In this document: positions 1-14,923 of the stretch, piece by piece
Numbering within the stretch: position 1 is the stretch's first letter
Layout: each line of letters begins with the position of its first letter
Source: Eledone cirrhosa
Taxonomy: Eukaryota
DNA length: 64,000 nucleotides
Direction: 5' to 3'
Assembly (NCBI GenBank): GCA_964016885.1
Contig: OZ024741.1
Location: 266,600,001-266,664,000, forward strand
Program-made: the position numbers and the translations under genes
The notes under the pieces: generated by a model
Seen by the model: only the letters and a program-made list of their open reading frames with translations
What the model was told of the DNA's origin: nothing
The model's database searches: none

Positions 1-863
1 TAATGGAAAGGTTAAGGCATTATATTCTACATACTTTAGATTTCCTAGTTTACGCATGGAAGCCTCTAGTGCTTCTGTATACACCGAGTGACATGAAAAT
101 TGGCACCAAGCTGTTGAAACATCTGCTGTATGAAAACAGCTTTTCCATGTCATACCCTCATAAAAAAATAAATTGTGTTCTAATATAAAAATTCTTCAGC
201 AACCCAATATAGCCACTTTTTCTAATATGGCACTACCTATTATTTTCAATGAATTTTGAAAATGATAAAGAATTTGGAAGGATTTAGTAAAATTACTGTC
301 TCGCTAAGTTGGTCTATGAAACATAACTTAAAGATTCTTACATAAAATTATGATGGAAGATTTTTAGATAAATATATAAAGTTTTAAATAAACGGCTTGG
401 TATTGTAAAGCCAGGAACAATTTCAGCCAGGTTTCATTAGCCTAGAATTGTAAACTATGAATGTAAACATACCATCTATCTAGCTGGTAAGGAAATATTC
501 ATATACTTAGTATATAAAATAGTTACTCTTACTGTGACTAACAAGAGTTGAGCTGTGCAGTCAAATGATCCATTTTTTAGATGTTATTGGCCTAGAAGAG
601 GCTGTTCCCATTACTTTTGCAGGCCCTGTAAAATATTGCTTAGATGGTTTGGATGCAGCATGGTTGAATGGTTCTGGGTTCAAACTCAACTGCATCACTC
701 CATGGGCAAGTGTCATTTACAATAGCCTTAAGTTGACCCAAGCCTTGTGAATGAAACTGGGTAGATGGAAACTATTTGAAAGCCAATTAGATGGACTGAA
801 CCTTCAATTCATAGGGCCAGCTTTGCTAGATAGTCATGCTGAATCTCCATGATAATTACATTA

Positions 864-1089
864 CATTTAGTTATCAACCTAGCCAAAACTGGCTCTGGTT
901 GTATGAAATAAAACCACCCATTTTATAGGTTTCCAATTTAATTAAAAATCTAATATAATTTTATATAAGAACCTTTCATTAAGTTACTAAGTAATGAAAC
1001 AATTAATAATTTTAGTAAATCCCTCAAAATTCTCCATTAATTTATCAAAATAGTGTATTTCATAAGAACTGCAGTCGTGAAAGGGTTAA
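864..1089. mobile_element. piggyBac-like MITE copy inserted into the TTAA of a SINE tail
   Basis: Ends AAAGGG-TTAA (1086-1089); body matches the copies at 1565-1797 and 19738-19948. The flanks rejoin as the SINE tail seen intact at 42295-42350. Confidence 0.7.
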
Positions 1090-2350
1090 AGGTCTGTTGA
1101 ATGCTCAGTCACTTGTAAGTTAATTTCAATGAGAAAGTTGTTCTAACAACTAGCACACTCTTCATTGTAACTAAATATCCATTTCATTCCAGAACATAAT
1201 GTATATCAAGTAAATGGAACATAAATAAATGCAAAAAAAAGCTTTAAACACATTATTAAATGATGTATGTATATATTAAATGGTGTGTGTATATATACAG
1301 GAGTGTTGGAGTAATTTTCATACCTCAATTTACTGATCCTACAAATGTGGACGACCCAACATGTTGGTAGCTTAATTTCTGACTCCTACCACAACAAAAT
1401 ATAATTACAACACTGGAGTTGATTGTATATAAAGTATGTCTAATTTGGCCATAAAATAATTTTAGGGTGGTAACTGTCCTGTAAAATCACACAGACTAGT
1501 GGTTAGTTAGTCTCATGATTGTAAGACTGTGGATTCAATCCCCAAACCAGATGGTACACTGTCTTTAACCCTTAAGTTTACCAACCCGGCCAACACTGGT
1601 TCTGGTTCTATGAAATAAAATCATCCATTTTAAAGGTTTCCAATTTAAATTAAAATCCTCCAACATAATTCTTTATAAGAACGTTACATTAAGTTACTAT
1701 CTTAGTAATGAAATAATTAATAATTTTAGTAAATCCTTTGAAATTTTTAATTAAAATAGAATGCATTTCATTAGAAATGCAACCATCAAAAGGTTAAGGT
1801 AGACACTTCATTTCACATTGTTAGTTTTAAACTTAAGTATCATCAGCAACAGCTGGGAGGTTAATTTTGTGACCTGGTCTTGTAGTCTGGCATCATGTAC
1901 TTCTAGGCCCAAGAGATTTTTATATATAGCACCTTAGAGACAAACAATTTTAACAACAAAAGGACTGATTTCAACCTGGTTAGATCTCAAGTGTTGGTTC
2001 AATCAGTAAGAAATACTTGCTTTCTCATTTTTATGTCAGGCAATACTAGATGAAAAAAGAGGGGGAAAAACATCTGGTAGTGTAGATTTGGTCTTTTGTG
2101 TTTTAGGAAAAAAATTATTTATACAAAATAGATTATATAGGTAACTTATTTTAAGGAAAATATTTTTAGTCTTGCTCTACATCAGTTCTGGGGGTTATAA
2201 GCTTTAGATATAAGTGTGGTTGGCCCTTAATTTTTGGTTTGACTACTTTCTGATTTGTGTTACCCATGCAATGGAAAAGCGGACATAAAAATGACGATGA
2301 TGATGATTATGACTTAAGAGTGTGTCCGTCTGTCCGGCCATCCTTGTATA

Positions 2351-2541
2351 CATGGGTTGGCTGAAAAGGTCATAGGGTGACTAACATACTCTCATGGAAT
2401 GACCAAATGAGGTTTATTTTGCAACATAGTTGCTGGAAAGAAACAGTGCAGTTATTAAGAGTTGAAATTAATACAAGCAAGATTTTGCAGCTCTAGCACA
2501 TTCCTTCATGGTCAGCCTATGAACTTTTCAGCCCACCCCTG
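2351..2541. mobile_element. Tc1/mariner-derived MITE (~190 bp)
   Basis: ~30-bp imperfect terminal inverted repeats: CATGGGTTGGCTGAAAAGGTCATAGGGTGAC ... GTCAGCCTATGAACTTTTCAGCCCACCCCTG; TA on the left flank. Confidence 0.75.
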
Positions 2542-5500
2542 TGTTTTACATATTCATAACTTTGCAGTCCAAGAAATAAACATTGATGAAATAAGTACCT
2601 GACCTGAAAAAGAAAATGACAGGTGTCGGTATGATCAACTAAACATCCCTTAAAGGCAGTGCCCCAGCATGGCCACAGTCTAAGTGACTGAAACCAGTAA
2701 AAAAAAAAATAAAAGTATGAGATTAAAAGAATACTAAAGCAAACTAAATGAAGACATGTTTGTGTGAAAACCCAACAGTAAAATGCCATCCACATTAGAT
2801 GTACAGATGTTAGTAAAGAATGTAGAGTGACTGAAATGAAACAAAGAATTCAACATTTTAAAATAATAGCCAAACATTCAATTGGAATGTTTACTGTTTA
2901 GAGTTTGAGATTAAACAGTAATTGATAGCAAGAAAATGTCACAGTTCAATGTAATTTACAGTCTAGTGATATGTGTGTATATATGTATGGCAGTGTGTGT
3001 GTGTGTGTGTGTACACATATATAAGCACACACAAATCTCTCTCTCTCACTCTCTCTCTCTATATATATATAAGCACATGCACAAATATATAAGCACACAC
3101 AGATACACACACGTATAAGCACACACCCACCACATATATATGCACAAACACAAAAATATATAAACACATGCATACAAATATATATGTATGCACATAGCCA
3201 AAAAAAATATTTTGAACATTTAGAAAAGTTGTGTAAGATGTGGCAATAAAATATATTTAGTTGTGTGTCTTATGTCAAAGACCTGCTAAGTCTCAAAAGT
3301 ATTCAAGGTTCAGACAAGATATATAGTTTACCTACCTTTGATGAAATTTACTTTTGTCAGTTATGACACTGAATATCCTAATTGTTCAATCAACAAAACA
3401 GCCTGCTCATGAAATCAATGTGCAAGTGGCTGAGCATTCCACAGACTTGTACCTATGAGGGCCTGCAAGAATAGCCCCTACTCTACTAGAGAAATCATTT
3501 TTGTTTTTTTTACATTGATTTTTTCCATGCTGGTATGGGTTGGATGTGATGTTTTTAGGCAATGTTTTGCAGCTGGATGTCCTTCCCGACACTAACCTTT
3601 TTAGTTGTTTCTTATGACACACAGTGATTCGGTGTACCTATTCTAAACTGGATACACATGGTCATTTGGTTATAAAATGTTTGAAAAAGTAAGGTTTTGA
3701 ACATGGCATATTGTAGAAAGAGGATTTCATCCAGCAGGGTTGACAAAGGTGATATATTGATATAAGTGTTGGTGTCGGGTAGGATATCTGGCTGTAAAAC
3801 ATCACCTCAAAATATCATGTCCGACCCATACTGGCATGGAAAAGTCGATTTAAAAACACCAATGATGAATGATTACAAACATTTCTTCGTTTACATATTT
3901 GTAAAATTTTCTTTTTAGATTTTGTTGTTGCCTGTTGCTGTAGATTAGTTATTAGTTCTATGGTGGAGTTAAATTTAATTTAGTGCATAAATATTTCTAC
4001 CAAATGTTTCCATTTTGGAAATTTTCTTATACTTTATGTATTTTTTGAGAATGTAAATAATTCTGAAGAAATGCTTCATTCAGATTCTTCCTTTTTTCTG
4101 GTATTTCATTTTCCAAACTACTTTGTTTTACTTTAGTATTTGTACAGGTTACCCAGCTTTAATAGCTCCTGATTTAGTTGATCTATCCAATGAAAACAAA
4201 TACTACCTACCACCAATTCTTTATTAGCAAGAGTTACTTTATTTGGTTAAATAAATGCCTTGTGGTTTTTATATCCATCTCTTTGCAATGCAGAAATGCC
4301 CTTGAGATGATATATATAAAAATGGAGAAAATAACAGTTTTATATATATATATATATATATATATTTATGTTACAGGAAATAATTAAAAATGTCTTTTTT
4401 ACACATTTATAAACACCAGAACCTGGCATACAACCTGTCATCACAACACTACCCGTAACAGCAGGTGTTACTGTTATAGAAATACCTGATACTTAATTGA
4501 AGGTGTTGTGATATATACAGCTGATAGTAATAAAGCCATCAACTTAATGCTACTACTTTCAACAAATGAACAAATGAATAAATTTTAATTTTTTTCTAAA
4601 ATGTGGAAAATTTAAATCGGATTAATTTCTTTTGTACAATTATTATCCTTAATTTAAAACAGAATATACACAAAATTATACTTTGAGTTAAATTGAAGTT
4701 TTCAGTTTGTGAAATAGTATTTAACTCTTTTGGTAACACATTTCCTGAAACTGTCTTAGGTTCTGTGATGCCTAACTGCTGATTTAAAAAAAAAAGAAAA
4801 CTTTCATCATTTTATATAAGAACCTTTGTTCCAAACACCTGCTTAATAATGTTATGTTACTAAATCCCTCCAAGGTCTTGATTATTAAAAAAATTGATAA
4901 TCATAGTCCCATTTATTACCTTATTCTAATGAACCACAATCAAATATTTTCAAAGTTATTTGAAAATTATGAACAGGGATATAGTAATTAACTGAATTTC
5001 TTATTTAAATTGATGTTTGGAACATAACTTAACAAATTCCTAAAATGTTGATAGAAAGTTTTTAGATAAAATGAACAATTTTGTAATGTAGAACCAGTGG
5101 TGGTACCAGGCTGTTTAGTATCAAAAAGGTTGTTTAAATTTTTTTATTAATTTCAAATTTTCAAAATATGTTTACAATATTGTAATTAAAAAAAAAAGAG
5201 ACAAGAAACTAAAGAAAAAAAAATTGGAGGCAAACTCTCCACTTTTGGCTGGACTGAACATCTCTGCAGTACTCTGCTGACACGGTAAGACTTGCTGTGG
5301 AGAACAATTGGCAATAGTCTTTGCTGCATCAGCTATTTCACCATACAGTAGCTTCTACCTCAAGCGTGATGCCCTCATTTTGATTTGTTATCCTGCATGT
5401 GTGTAGGTGTAATTGTTGAATTTTTAATGCATGCAAAACAAAGACTGCAAAGAAGCCCATATGAAATCATCACTATTTAGATGTCCCATGGTAGGCGTCA

Positions 5501-6254
5501 ACCTTTTGTGACATTTCAGATATATCACTCTTATAACAGACAACAGTAACAAACTGAAATGCCAGATTCTTCTACTTCACTGCCTTATCTATTAGGCCAG
5601 ACTGACATATCTATAAACCCTTTAACTATATGGCAGAAAAAAAAAAGGTCATTTTAAAATAGCATTGTCTGAGATGAACTATGAGGTCAGCTCTACACTA
5701 TCAGGTGGTAGATGAACAAAATTGTTAAATTGTTTACTAAAATGCTTGAAAGTATTGGTTTTGGCTCTTTATATTTTGAGTTTAAATCCTACAGAGGTCA
5801 ATTTTAGACTAGGTGACATGTTGTAGTTTTTGAGCAAAACATTTAATTTCACTCCAATACACTCAGCTGAAAAATGAATACCAGCAGTTGTTGGGGTTAA
5901 TCATGTGGTGAACTGGTTGGTGATAGGACGGGCATCCATCCACAGAAGCCTTATCTAAATTAAAAAAAAGATAGAGAAAAGGATAACTTCATATACATGC
6001 CGTCCACCCTGTATAGTGGTTGCTGTTAAGAAAGACATCCATCTATAAAAACTAGACAAAAATGGAATGCGTTGAGAGGGAGGTGGTCTCCAATTTGCCT
6101 GAGAGGAAAATAGCTCCGATTTAAGTATTGTAACAACCCATCCAACCCATGCCAGAATGGAAAAACAGAAGTAAAATGATGACGATATTTTGTTTGTTAT
6201 CCTATACACTGATGTGTCGCCTTGTATCCTAATGTCTTCTTTGTTTTATTTCAG

Positions 6255-6500
6255 ATCCAGATGATCCAGAATATATTCGTCAGATGCAACGGCCTGCTGT
6301 TGTGAAAGAAGACGTGAAGCAGATGGAAGATCGTAGACGTGTTTCCATTGTGCTGAATAGTGAAGCCTTTCGAGAAGAGCTGGAACAAATTGTTCATGAG
6401 CATATGAAGTCTGGCCACCACCCTGCAAGTCTCGCCCTGCAGCAGATTACCGAACTTTTGATGCCACACTCTGCTCATCGTGGTAATAGTGGATTCCGAG
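6255..6500 (+). CDS. hts: Adducin/hu-li tai shao coding exon A (internal, phase 1 to phase 1; N-terminal head)
   Basis: tttatttcAG|ATCCAG acceptor, CGAG|GTAGGT donor. Translates (D)PDDPEYIRQMQRPAVVKEDVKQMEDRRRVSIVLNSEAFREELEQIV...ALQQITELL, matching the adducin/Hts N-terminal motif (M-E-x-R-K/R-R-V..IL-S..FREELE). Confidence 0.95.
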
Positions 6501-8040
6501 GTAGGTGCTAAGATTTAACCTTTCATGGAAACCTTATTGTTTCTTTGTAGAAAGCACAGTGGTTATATAACAGCTTTTCACCTTACTACACAACTCTTTC
6601 TATTTTTTTTTTTTATTGAAGTCTGCAAGGTTTTGGGAGTTGCATGGGTTGGATAACAGAGTAGACAAATCTGTGTTGTACCATAGTTTCGTTTGATTCT
6701 TTACATTGGGGGTCATATAATGGCTGCCACACAACTCTTTGTATTTTCATTGAAGACTCCAAAGTTGCATCTCATAGTTTTTTTTGTTTTTTCAATGATA
6801 GGAGCCCTAGTCATATCATGAAAAGTAACAAGAAATGAAGCATCTTGCTCAAGAACACAATGTACTTGCCAATCCAGGAATTGAACCCACAATAATGATT
6901 GAGTTCAACACCATTAGCCCATATGGCTTCACATAATGAACGCCATGATCTTTGACAAATCCCTTGGGCAGTAAACTGTATGTGTTTCAGTATTTACATT
7001 GCTGTTCATGCCCTATAACTGAGCAGTTTGGCAAATAAAGATTGATAAGATAAGTACCAGACATGAAAACAATGTTTTGGAGTTGATATGGTGGAGGTAG
7101 CCACTTGAATGTTGTGCTGTGGCATGGTTCCAGTCTAATGATTGAAACCCTCTAAAAGAATAGAGCTGAGAGTAAGGAACTAGTAGCCAAAATCTCCCTC
7201 TAGTGGTGTTTGAAAATTAAAAAAAAAAGAAATGCAGGGAAGATAACTCCAAATAGATTAATTGATTGAACTTTTTTCCACTTCGTTGACTATATTGTCC
7301 AAAACATTCTTCAGAGTGGATGAAAGATGTTTATCTCAAGTTGCTAGTTGTTTCTGGCAGTAAGCCAGAGTGAGGAACATTCCAGGTGGATTAGGGATCA
7401 TTGCAGGGCGGTAGGTAGTTTTACACTTCTCGTCTACTACAGTACACTGTTCTGCTACCAATAGTAGTAGTAATAATAGTTTACAATACTACTCTAAGTC
7501 TTATCTTTTCCCACTTTAGTTTATACTAAAGCAATGGCTTCTCTTACACACCACTGAAGATGCAAGTTGATAATACAAATATGTAATAGATATGCTACTA
7601 TTACACAAAAATCCTAGGCCACTAAATTTACTGGAATTCTTGCCATGTTCTATGGTTTGGTATTGATAACTCTAGTTAGTTTTCTATACAGCTTAACTTA
7701 GTTTAGTTTTGTTTTTTTCTTGAGATCTATTGAGCTTAGGGCTATAGTTAACAGAAAGCCTAGATAATCATCATCATTATCTCTCGTAATCATCATCATC
7801 ATTATCTCTTGTCATCATCATCATCAACATTACCACCACCAACAGTGATGATCATAATCACCATCAGAATCCTCATAACAATTACTCATTATCACTGTTA
7901 CCACTATAACATACTTATTTTCACCTGCTATTTCTGCTTCTGACTGTTGATGATACAAGTTGAAATGGCAGTTTTTCTAGTAAATATCCCAGCCCTTCAA
8001 ATTCAAATAGAAGTGGGAATATTTGTGTGCGTGTATATAA

Positions 8041-8475
8041 GGCACATGGCTTAGTGGTTAGAGCATTGGGCTTGCAATCGAAAGGTTCCGAGTTCAATTC
8101 TCGGACCGGGTGATGTGTTGTTTCCTTGAGCAAGACACTTTATTTCACATTGCTCCAGTTTACTCAGCTGTAGAAATGAGATGATAGGACTGGGGTCCCT
8201 ATCATTCCACTGCAAAGTGGTCGTGGAAGTGCCACGGCAAAAAAGCACCCAGCCCACACTATAAAGTGGACGTGTAGGTGCCACGGAAAAAAAGCACCCA
8301 CCACTCACTGTAAATGAGTTTGGTGTTAGGAAGGGCATCCAGCTGTACAAATCAAGCCAAAAATCAGTTCCTGTATGAGCAAGACAAGGTCAACCGACTG
8401 GACACTACTCACAACAGGACAACCCGTCTAACCCATGCTAGAGTGGTAGAACGGAAGTAAAACGGTGATGATGAT
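8041..8475 (+). mobile_element. tRNA-derived SINE head (8041-~8180) followed by an RTE LINE 3' UTR fragment (~8207-8475)
   Basis: Pol III box A (TGGCTTAGTGG) and box B (GAGTTCAATTC), core CCTTGAGCAAGACACTTTATTTCAC. The 3' part is the reverse complement of 48796-49070 and ends in (GAT)n. Confidence 0.8.
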
Positions 8476-11400
8476 ATATATATATTCCCTTTCTTGGGTC
8501 GCAGTATTACAGTGTTAATACTCCAGTCTTTACTTTGTGAGCGTGTCTTTCTAATGGTGATGGAAAGTACACTTTGTTCTCTGTCCATGTTTCCAGTCAG
8601 TTTACTGCACAAAGGATTTTTCAAAGATCCTGGCTTTCATTATGTGATGTTATGTGGGCTAATAGTTAAGAGTGTTGAACTCACAATCATCATTATGGGT
8701 TCAATTCCTGGACTGGATGGTACATTGTGATGGTACATATTGCTATTCATGATATGCCTGTGGGTCCCTTTCATGAAAACAGCCTAGAAATTTCCTATGA
8801 GATGTAATTTTGTGGGAGGCCAGCTCAAACATACATAGGTGTCAGCTATAACAAAACTGGCCTATTTCTTTCAAACATGCAAGAAACCTATGAGATGCAG
8901 CCTTGTACAAGGCCAGCTAAACCTGCATAAGTTTGAGCTGTAGCAACATGACAACTGGGGCAACACGACAAATGGAGAAACGAGATACAACCTCGTAGGA
9001 GGCCAACAACCTCTATCATTAAAACACCCAAGAAACCACCTCTGAGATAGAAGTAAACCTATAGAGGTTAGATGTGAACTATAAATTTCATATTTATAAA
9101 CATAGCATAACAGGATCTAAAGCTGGGACTGTTTGTTGTCCAAAGTTAAATTCTACTGGTCAAAGGAAAAAGTGTGTGAAGAGATGTGTGCTGCCCTATC
9201 ATGTAGTAGTAGTAACTGCAGCAACAGCAGTTGTAACAGTAGTAGGAGCAGCAGCAGAATATAAGGTTGTGGGTTCAAATGGTAGCCTGCCCCCTATTTT
9301 TAGAAATATTCAAACTGAAAATCAATCTGTGATTTCTTGGTATCTTTTCAACAATATTGAATTACTAGAAAACATAATCTTACATCCACAACAAATCCAC
9401 CTGCACTCGCGCGCATGTAGAGGGTGGGGGTAGGGTGTAGATGCATACTCACATTGACGAATTTTGCATCACTGTTGCCATGGTTATAACATACCTGTAT
9501 TAATTTTTGGTGTTGTGTTTAAAAACGATTTATATTCACCAGCCAGTCCATTAAGATTTCAAGACTGGTGTATTTATTTTTAGATAAGTTCTTTTGATAT
9601 GAAATCCACTCAATGATTTAGTGTGATTGTGAATATAAGCTCTGACTATCAGAATCAAAGAAACTTGGAATTTTAAGAGAGTGTTTTAAGCATTCATAAA
9701 CTCTAGTTTCTACTACATTTATAATTCAATGTTATTTCTCTGCTTTTTATGAGCTGCATAAGTTTGCAAAACAACTTACATATAAATATATAAGTTGATG
9801 CCAGCAACTGGGGCTTAGCCCTTGTCATTAAAATGCCCAAGTAACTTATGAAATGCAACTTCATAGGAGGCCAGCTAAACCTACATAGGTACAAATTGTA
9901 ACAATATATACACACTTATATAAACATACACGGTCATGCACATAGGCACACACACATATACATACACACACATACGCATATATACACACATACATATGTA
10001 TATAACAGTAATGATAGACACATAGTAATGGTTTGTTTTCGTGAGATTGCTATTAATAACGGAAATAGTTAAGAGAACCAAGTAGATAACTGTTGTAAAA
10101 GTAGTTTGACTCAGAACTTGAAATGTTTCTGTAAAGACCCTAACTTCTGAGAGCTGAAAAAGGAAGTGACTAAAGGTGAGGGGTGGGGGTGGCAACAATA
10201 TTTAAAAAAAAACTATGTAAAATCATTGAACAAAATCTGTGTATTTGTGTTAGTCTTCTGTTGGTTTCCATGAGTGTTCCTGTTGTTTGATCAACCAAAG
10301 AGTCAGCTAGTAAATTTATCATGTATGTTGCCGAGTGTTCCACCACGCATGTGCCCTTGTACCCTTCATGTAATTTTTAAGGAGATTCAGTGTGATGCAG
10401 CATATGAGCAGGCTGCTCCTTTGAAGCACAGGTGCAACTCATTTTTTCCCTTGCTGAGTGAACTGGAGCAAAGGCACTAAATCATGAGCTGAACATTCTA
10501 ACCACTGAACACTAAACACCGAATCACTGACCTTTGTTATTGATTAGTATTTATAGTTTTAATTACTGTAACTCACTAGGTGGTCACCATTGTCCTTATA
10601 TGAGATAGACCCAATAAAACACTGTTTCCGGTTAGTCATTTAAGGACTATTTTATTGGCTCGGAGGGGTGTCTGGTTTTCCTTTGTTTCATTTTACACAT
10701 CACCACAGGGATGTAGTGGCACTCCCTTAAACTTCTCATTACTATATTTCTAGTGAAAGACACAGCCTGTGATTTGGAAATCATTTTGAAAATGTTCAGG
10801 AGTTGGGAGTGATTTAGTAATATAATTTTTTCATTAATCTTGTGTTTGGAACATTACTTAATGAATGTTCTTACATGAAATTATGATGGAAAGTTTTTAG
10901 ATATAAACATTTTATAAGGGTCCCATGATTAGTATATGGCCTATTATGTGTTCTGTAATATTAACCTCTGCTTTATCATGGAGAATAGCCTTAAAACACA
11001 AGATAAATTTGCTGTTGATAAATGGAATTAATTTCTGATTATGATTGTTTTGATGTCACAATAAAAAGAGTCCAGTCTACACAGTAAAGTCGTCTTGTTG
11101 GTATCAACAAAAAACGTCCAGCCCATACAGTAAAATGGTCATGTTGGTGTCGCAACAAAAAGCATCCAGTCCACAGTGTAAAAAGCATTCAATTCACTAT
11201 AAATGTGGTTTGTATTAGGAAGGTCATCCAGTCATAAGAAACCAAGACAAAAACAGTTCTGTATGAGCAAGACATGATCATCTGATCTGACTTGTCTAAC
11301 CCATGTTAGCATGGAAAAATGGATGTTAAACGACGCTGCTGTGTATTGAAAAGTTTGTGTAATAAATTGATTTAAACACTCACAGGTTAAAAAAAAAAAA

Positions 11401-12649
11401 ACTCTGTTCACATTATCACATTATATAATTTTCTAATAGTCATGTGTTTTAATATTCATGCATAACAATATAGAACTCAATAATTTCATAGCATAAGAAA
11501 ACAACTTAACAACTTTCACTGCTATATTTCTATTTAAAAAAAAAACTTATGGTTTTCAACTAATCTTGAAAATAATTTGGAAGGATTTACTAATAACTTT
11601 CTTATTAAACTGGTGTTTAGATCATAGCTTAACAGAAATTTAGATGAAAGGCTTTTAGATAAATATAAACACTTTTACTATATTTCTAATGGAAGACACT
11701 GTTTATGATTTTCAATTCCACTCTGTTCATCACAAGGGTCTTCAGCTCTTGTATGTTGGTCACTCCAATATCTCTCAGTAGAATGTAGATGTAGGTGATG
11801 TTCCTCCTGTTGGCTATCAGGGCACCGGCTTGTTGGCAATTTCCTCATGATGTATGCAGTGGCCAGTGAGTCTCATTCTCTGTTGCTATATTGTAACTGA
11901 AACCTTCAGGAGATCCTAGTAAAGTTTCTAAAGCTAATACTAGAAAACTGATAAGTACTATGATCAATAGGTGACAATTTGGCAGCCATTATAAGGACAG
12001 GTTAAATACCTTAGCATTTGTTGTAGTTCTTCACACTCGGAGTTCAAATCCTGTCACGGTCAACTTTGTCACTCATCTAGGGATGTGGATGAAATGAGAA
12101 TGGGGGTTCAATAAAATACAGCACTAGTCCCGAGACTGGAATTGGATGTGATCCTTTGTAGTGTCTGATCCTGCTTTGTGTTCTATATGTTTGTGGTGTG
12201 ACCTATTTGTTTTAAGTTCATTTCCTGCGGGCTGCAAGGTGTTGTGACCAGCAGATAGTATTAGCAATGGAAAGGCCAGTAGAAATCTACTTTTCTTTAA
12301 CCTATCTGACAGCCAAGCCCTCCCCCCTCTCTATCACTCAGGCAGTCATTATCAGGAGCTCTTCAAAAACTTCCTCTTATTTGTAAGATTATCTCCTAGT
12401 TTTCTCTAACTTTTTCCCTCTTTTCACTGTTGCCATCACTACCATCAACTAGTAACACTCATAATAAGTGCTTATGATCAAAGACTAGATTCCAACACAC
12501 ACACACACACACACTCTCACTCTTCCTCTCTCACCCTCTCTCTCTTCCAACATTCCTTCCTTTTTCATTTTGTTCTTCCTTCTTTCTGTTTTAAACTTTT
12601 ATTAGTTGTTTTATTTGACCTCCACTTGTTGTAATCTATTCATCATAGA

Positions 12650-12680
<31 letters not shown>

Positions 12681-14183
12681 TGATAGATGTAATAATATAG
12701 ATATAGTATATATTTATAGAGCTGCTGTTGTTGGTTTCTGTCATAGCTTCTCTTTCTCTGTATCTTACCTTGCTAGAAGGTAGTTGACTGTTTCTATTTT
12801 CTGAACGAACTGAATGCAGCCCCTCCACCATCAGTTTCTACTAAATATAATACTCATTTTATAAAGAGCCAAAACAAATGCTGCATTTTATCAACACTCA
12901 ACTAATTCTGCCAATCCACCACCCTGGTTCCATTATTAAGATGGTATTTGTAACATAACTTAACAAAAGGTTCATATATAAAATTGTTGGAAGATATTAA
13001 TTTAAATAGGAACCTTTTAAAATGGGAGGTTTTGTTTCATAGAACCAGAGGTAGGTTTTGGCGAGTGGGTTGGTGGGTTTGCATCAATATAGTTAATAAA
13101 TTGATATAAAACATTGTTTGTGGAGAGGGATGTAGAACTTGTACAATTCCACTTACATCTTCATAAAGATGTTGTTTTTCAATGCAGCCCATTTATAAAA
13201 TTAAGTTAGTTTTGAAGAAGGGGGTGATATGGGGTTGAAACATTCTGTGGTGGTGATGGCAGTGGCAGACTTTAATCAGGTAACAGCAACAACAAATATG
13301 TTTATGGCATTTAAGATGTGTATGGGGATGGTTTAAAGTTTTTGTTGTTTTTTTTTTCAAGTCAAATAGATTGTTAGGATGAGGAGGCTGAGAAAATATT
13401 GGTGTTGTGAACTTTCATGAAAAAAGAAAAATAGCTTCTTTAATGGAGGAGGGGGTGGAAGCACTAAAGAAAAGAGGTAGGGTGCTGGTTGGAAGGGTAG
13501 TATTTTGTAATGAAGAAGGGAGTTGTTAAAAGGCAGTCTCCCTCCCCCCTCACTTTCTTCTCCTCTTCTACCTTTACTACCACTATCTCTCTTTCTTTCC
13601 TCTTTTGAAAGGAATGCCTCAAAAGTATAAAATCATTGTATGAAGGTAGTGCATGTATTATCTCTAAACATATATGTACTTTAGGTGAATGCATGCTGTG
13701 AGTGCGTGTGCATGCGCACACATGAAAAATGGATGCTCATGCACACACACAAAATAGTGGCCCAAATTTTGGACACTTACACAATTGTTGCTTGTTGGAT
13801 TATAATTATTTATGCAATTATTTAAAACCCTTTCATGACATACACACCCTATTTCAATTAATTAATGGAGAAATTTGAGGGATTTACTACAATCAATCAC
13901 TTCATTACATAGGTAGTAACTTAACATATGGTTCTTATATAAATTTATGTTGGAAGGTTTTAATTGGAACCCTTTAAAATAGGTGGGTTTGTTTCATAGA
14001 AGCAGAGCTTGTTTTTAGATTGATATGGAAAGGGTTTTAATACACCTAAAACATGTATATCAACCTAAACTAAAGATATATGGAGCACCTTATAAAGCAA
14101 ATCATTTAAGTTTGAATGAGAAAAGTGTGTGTGTGTATAAGTGTGTATAAGGAAAATGGAAATCTACATTATCATTATACTTG

Positions 14184-14405
14184 TGGCAGTGGATTAGCAG
14201 AATCGCTAGCACGCTGGACAAAATGTGTTATGGCATTTCTTTATGGCTCTTTATGTTCTGAGTTCAAATATCGCTGAGATCAACTTGGCCTGTTAGCTTT
14301 CTGGGTCAATAGAATAAAGTATCAGTGAAGTACTGGGGTTGGTATATTCCACTTCCCCCTCCCTTAAAATTGTTGGCCTTGTGCCTAGGGTTAGAAATAG
14401 AAACT
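14184..14405 (+). mobile_element. SINE family 2 copy (others near 21523+, 23155-, 25110-, 27655-, 28430-, 34684+, 36268+, 36685+, 62925-)
   Basis: Recurrent GGCAGTGGATTGGCAGAATCG...CTGAGTTCAAAT...TTTGCCTTTCATCC...GGGGTCGATAAAATAAAGTACCAG...GGCCTTGTGCC consensus found on both strands. Confidence 0.8.
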
Positions 14406-14599
14406 ATTGCTATACTTGTTTCTTTTACCAAAAATAAAGAACTCTTTAGTAAAGGTGTATTTAGTGTATGTACATAAAGATGGTGGTGGTTGTGTGTGTG
14501 TTAGTCTAAAAGTGGTAGTGTATGTATGTGTGTGTGTGTGTATGTGAGGCTAGTTTCAAACTACTGTAGAGTTTTGAATAATATTTGTAATATGAAGTG

Positions 14600-14840
14600 G
14601 TGGTAGTAGTGGTAGTTATACATAGTGGTGTTGGTGAAGGTAGTTATACAATGGTGGCAGTGATGGTGATGGTAGTTATACAATAGTGATGGCAGTGGTG
14701 GTGGTGAATGTTATACAGTTGTGGTGAAGGTAGTTATAGAATGGTGGCAGTGATGGTGGTGGTGAAGGTAGCTATACAATAGTGGCAGTGATGGTAGTGG
14801 TGGTGAAGGTAGTTATATAATAGTGATGGTAATGGTTGTG
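14600..14840. repeat. Degenerate minisatellite, unit ~GGTAGTTATACAATGGTGGCAGTGATGGTGGTGGTGAA
   Basis: About 7 recurrences of GTTATA(C/G/T)A separated by (GGT/GAT)n. Confidence 0.75.
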
Positions 14841-14923
14841 AAGATATTTGTCTATTTCTTCACCTGCCTCCTTCCTCATGTTTTCCCCCTTTTTGTGCTC
14901 TGACAATTCTAATCTATTTAATA

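Noticed and set aside
1-6254. Search for the hts start-codon exon or promoter
   Set aside because: Only MITE/SINE remnants and AT-rich intron-like sequence were recognisable; exon A begins in phase 1, so the first coding exon is probably upstream of the window.
8041-8115. tRNA-like sequence with box A and box B
   Set aside because: It runs directly into a SINE core present in many decayed copies and has no clean cloverleaf; it is a SINE head, not a tRNA gene.
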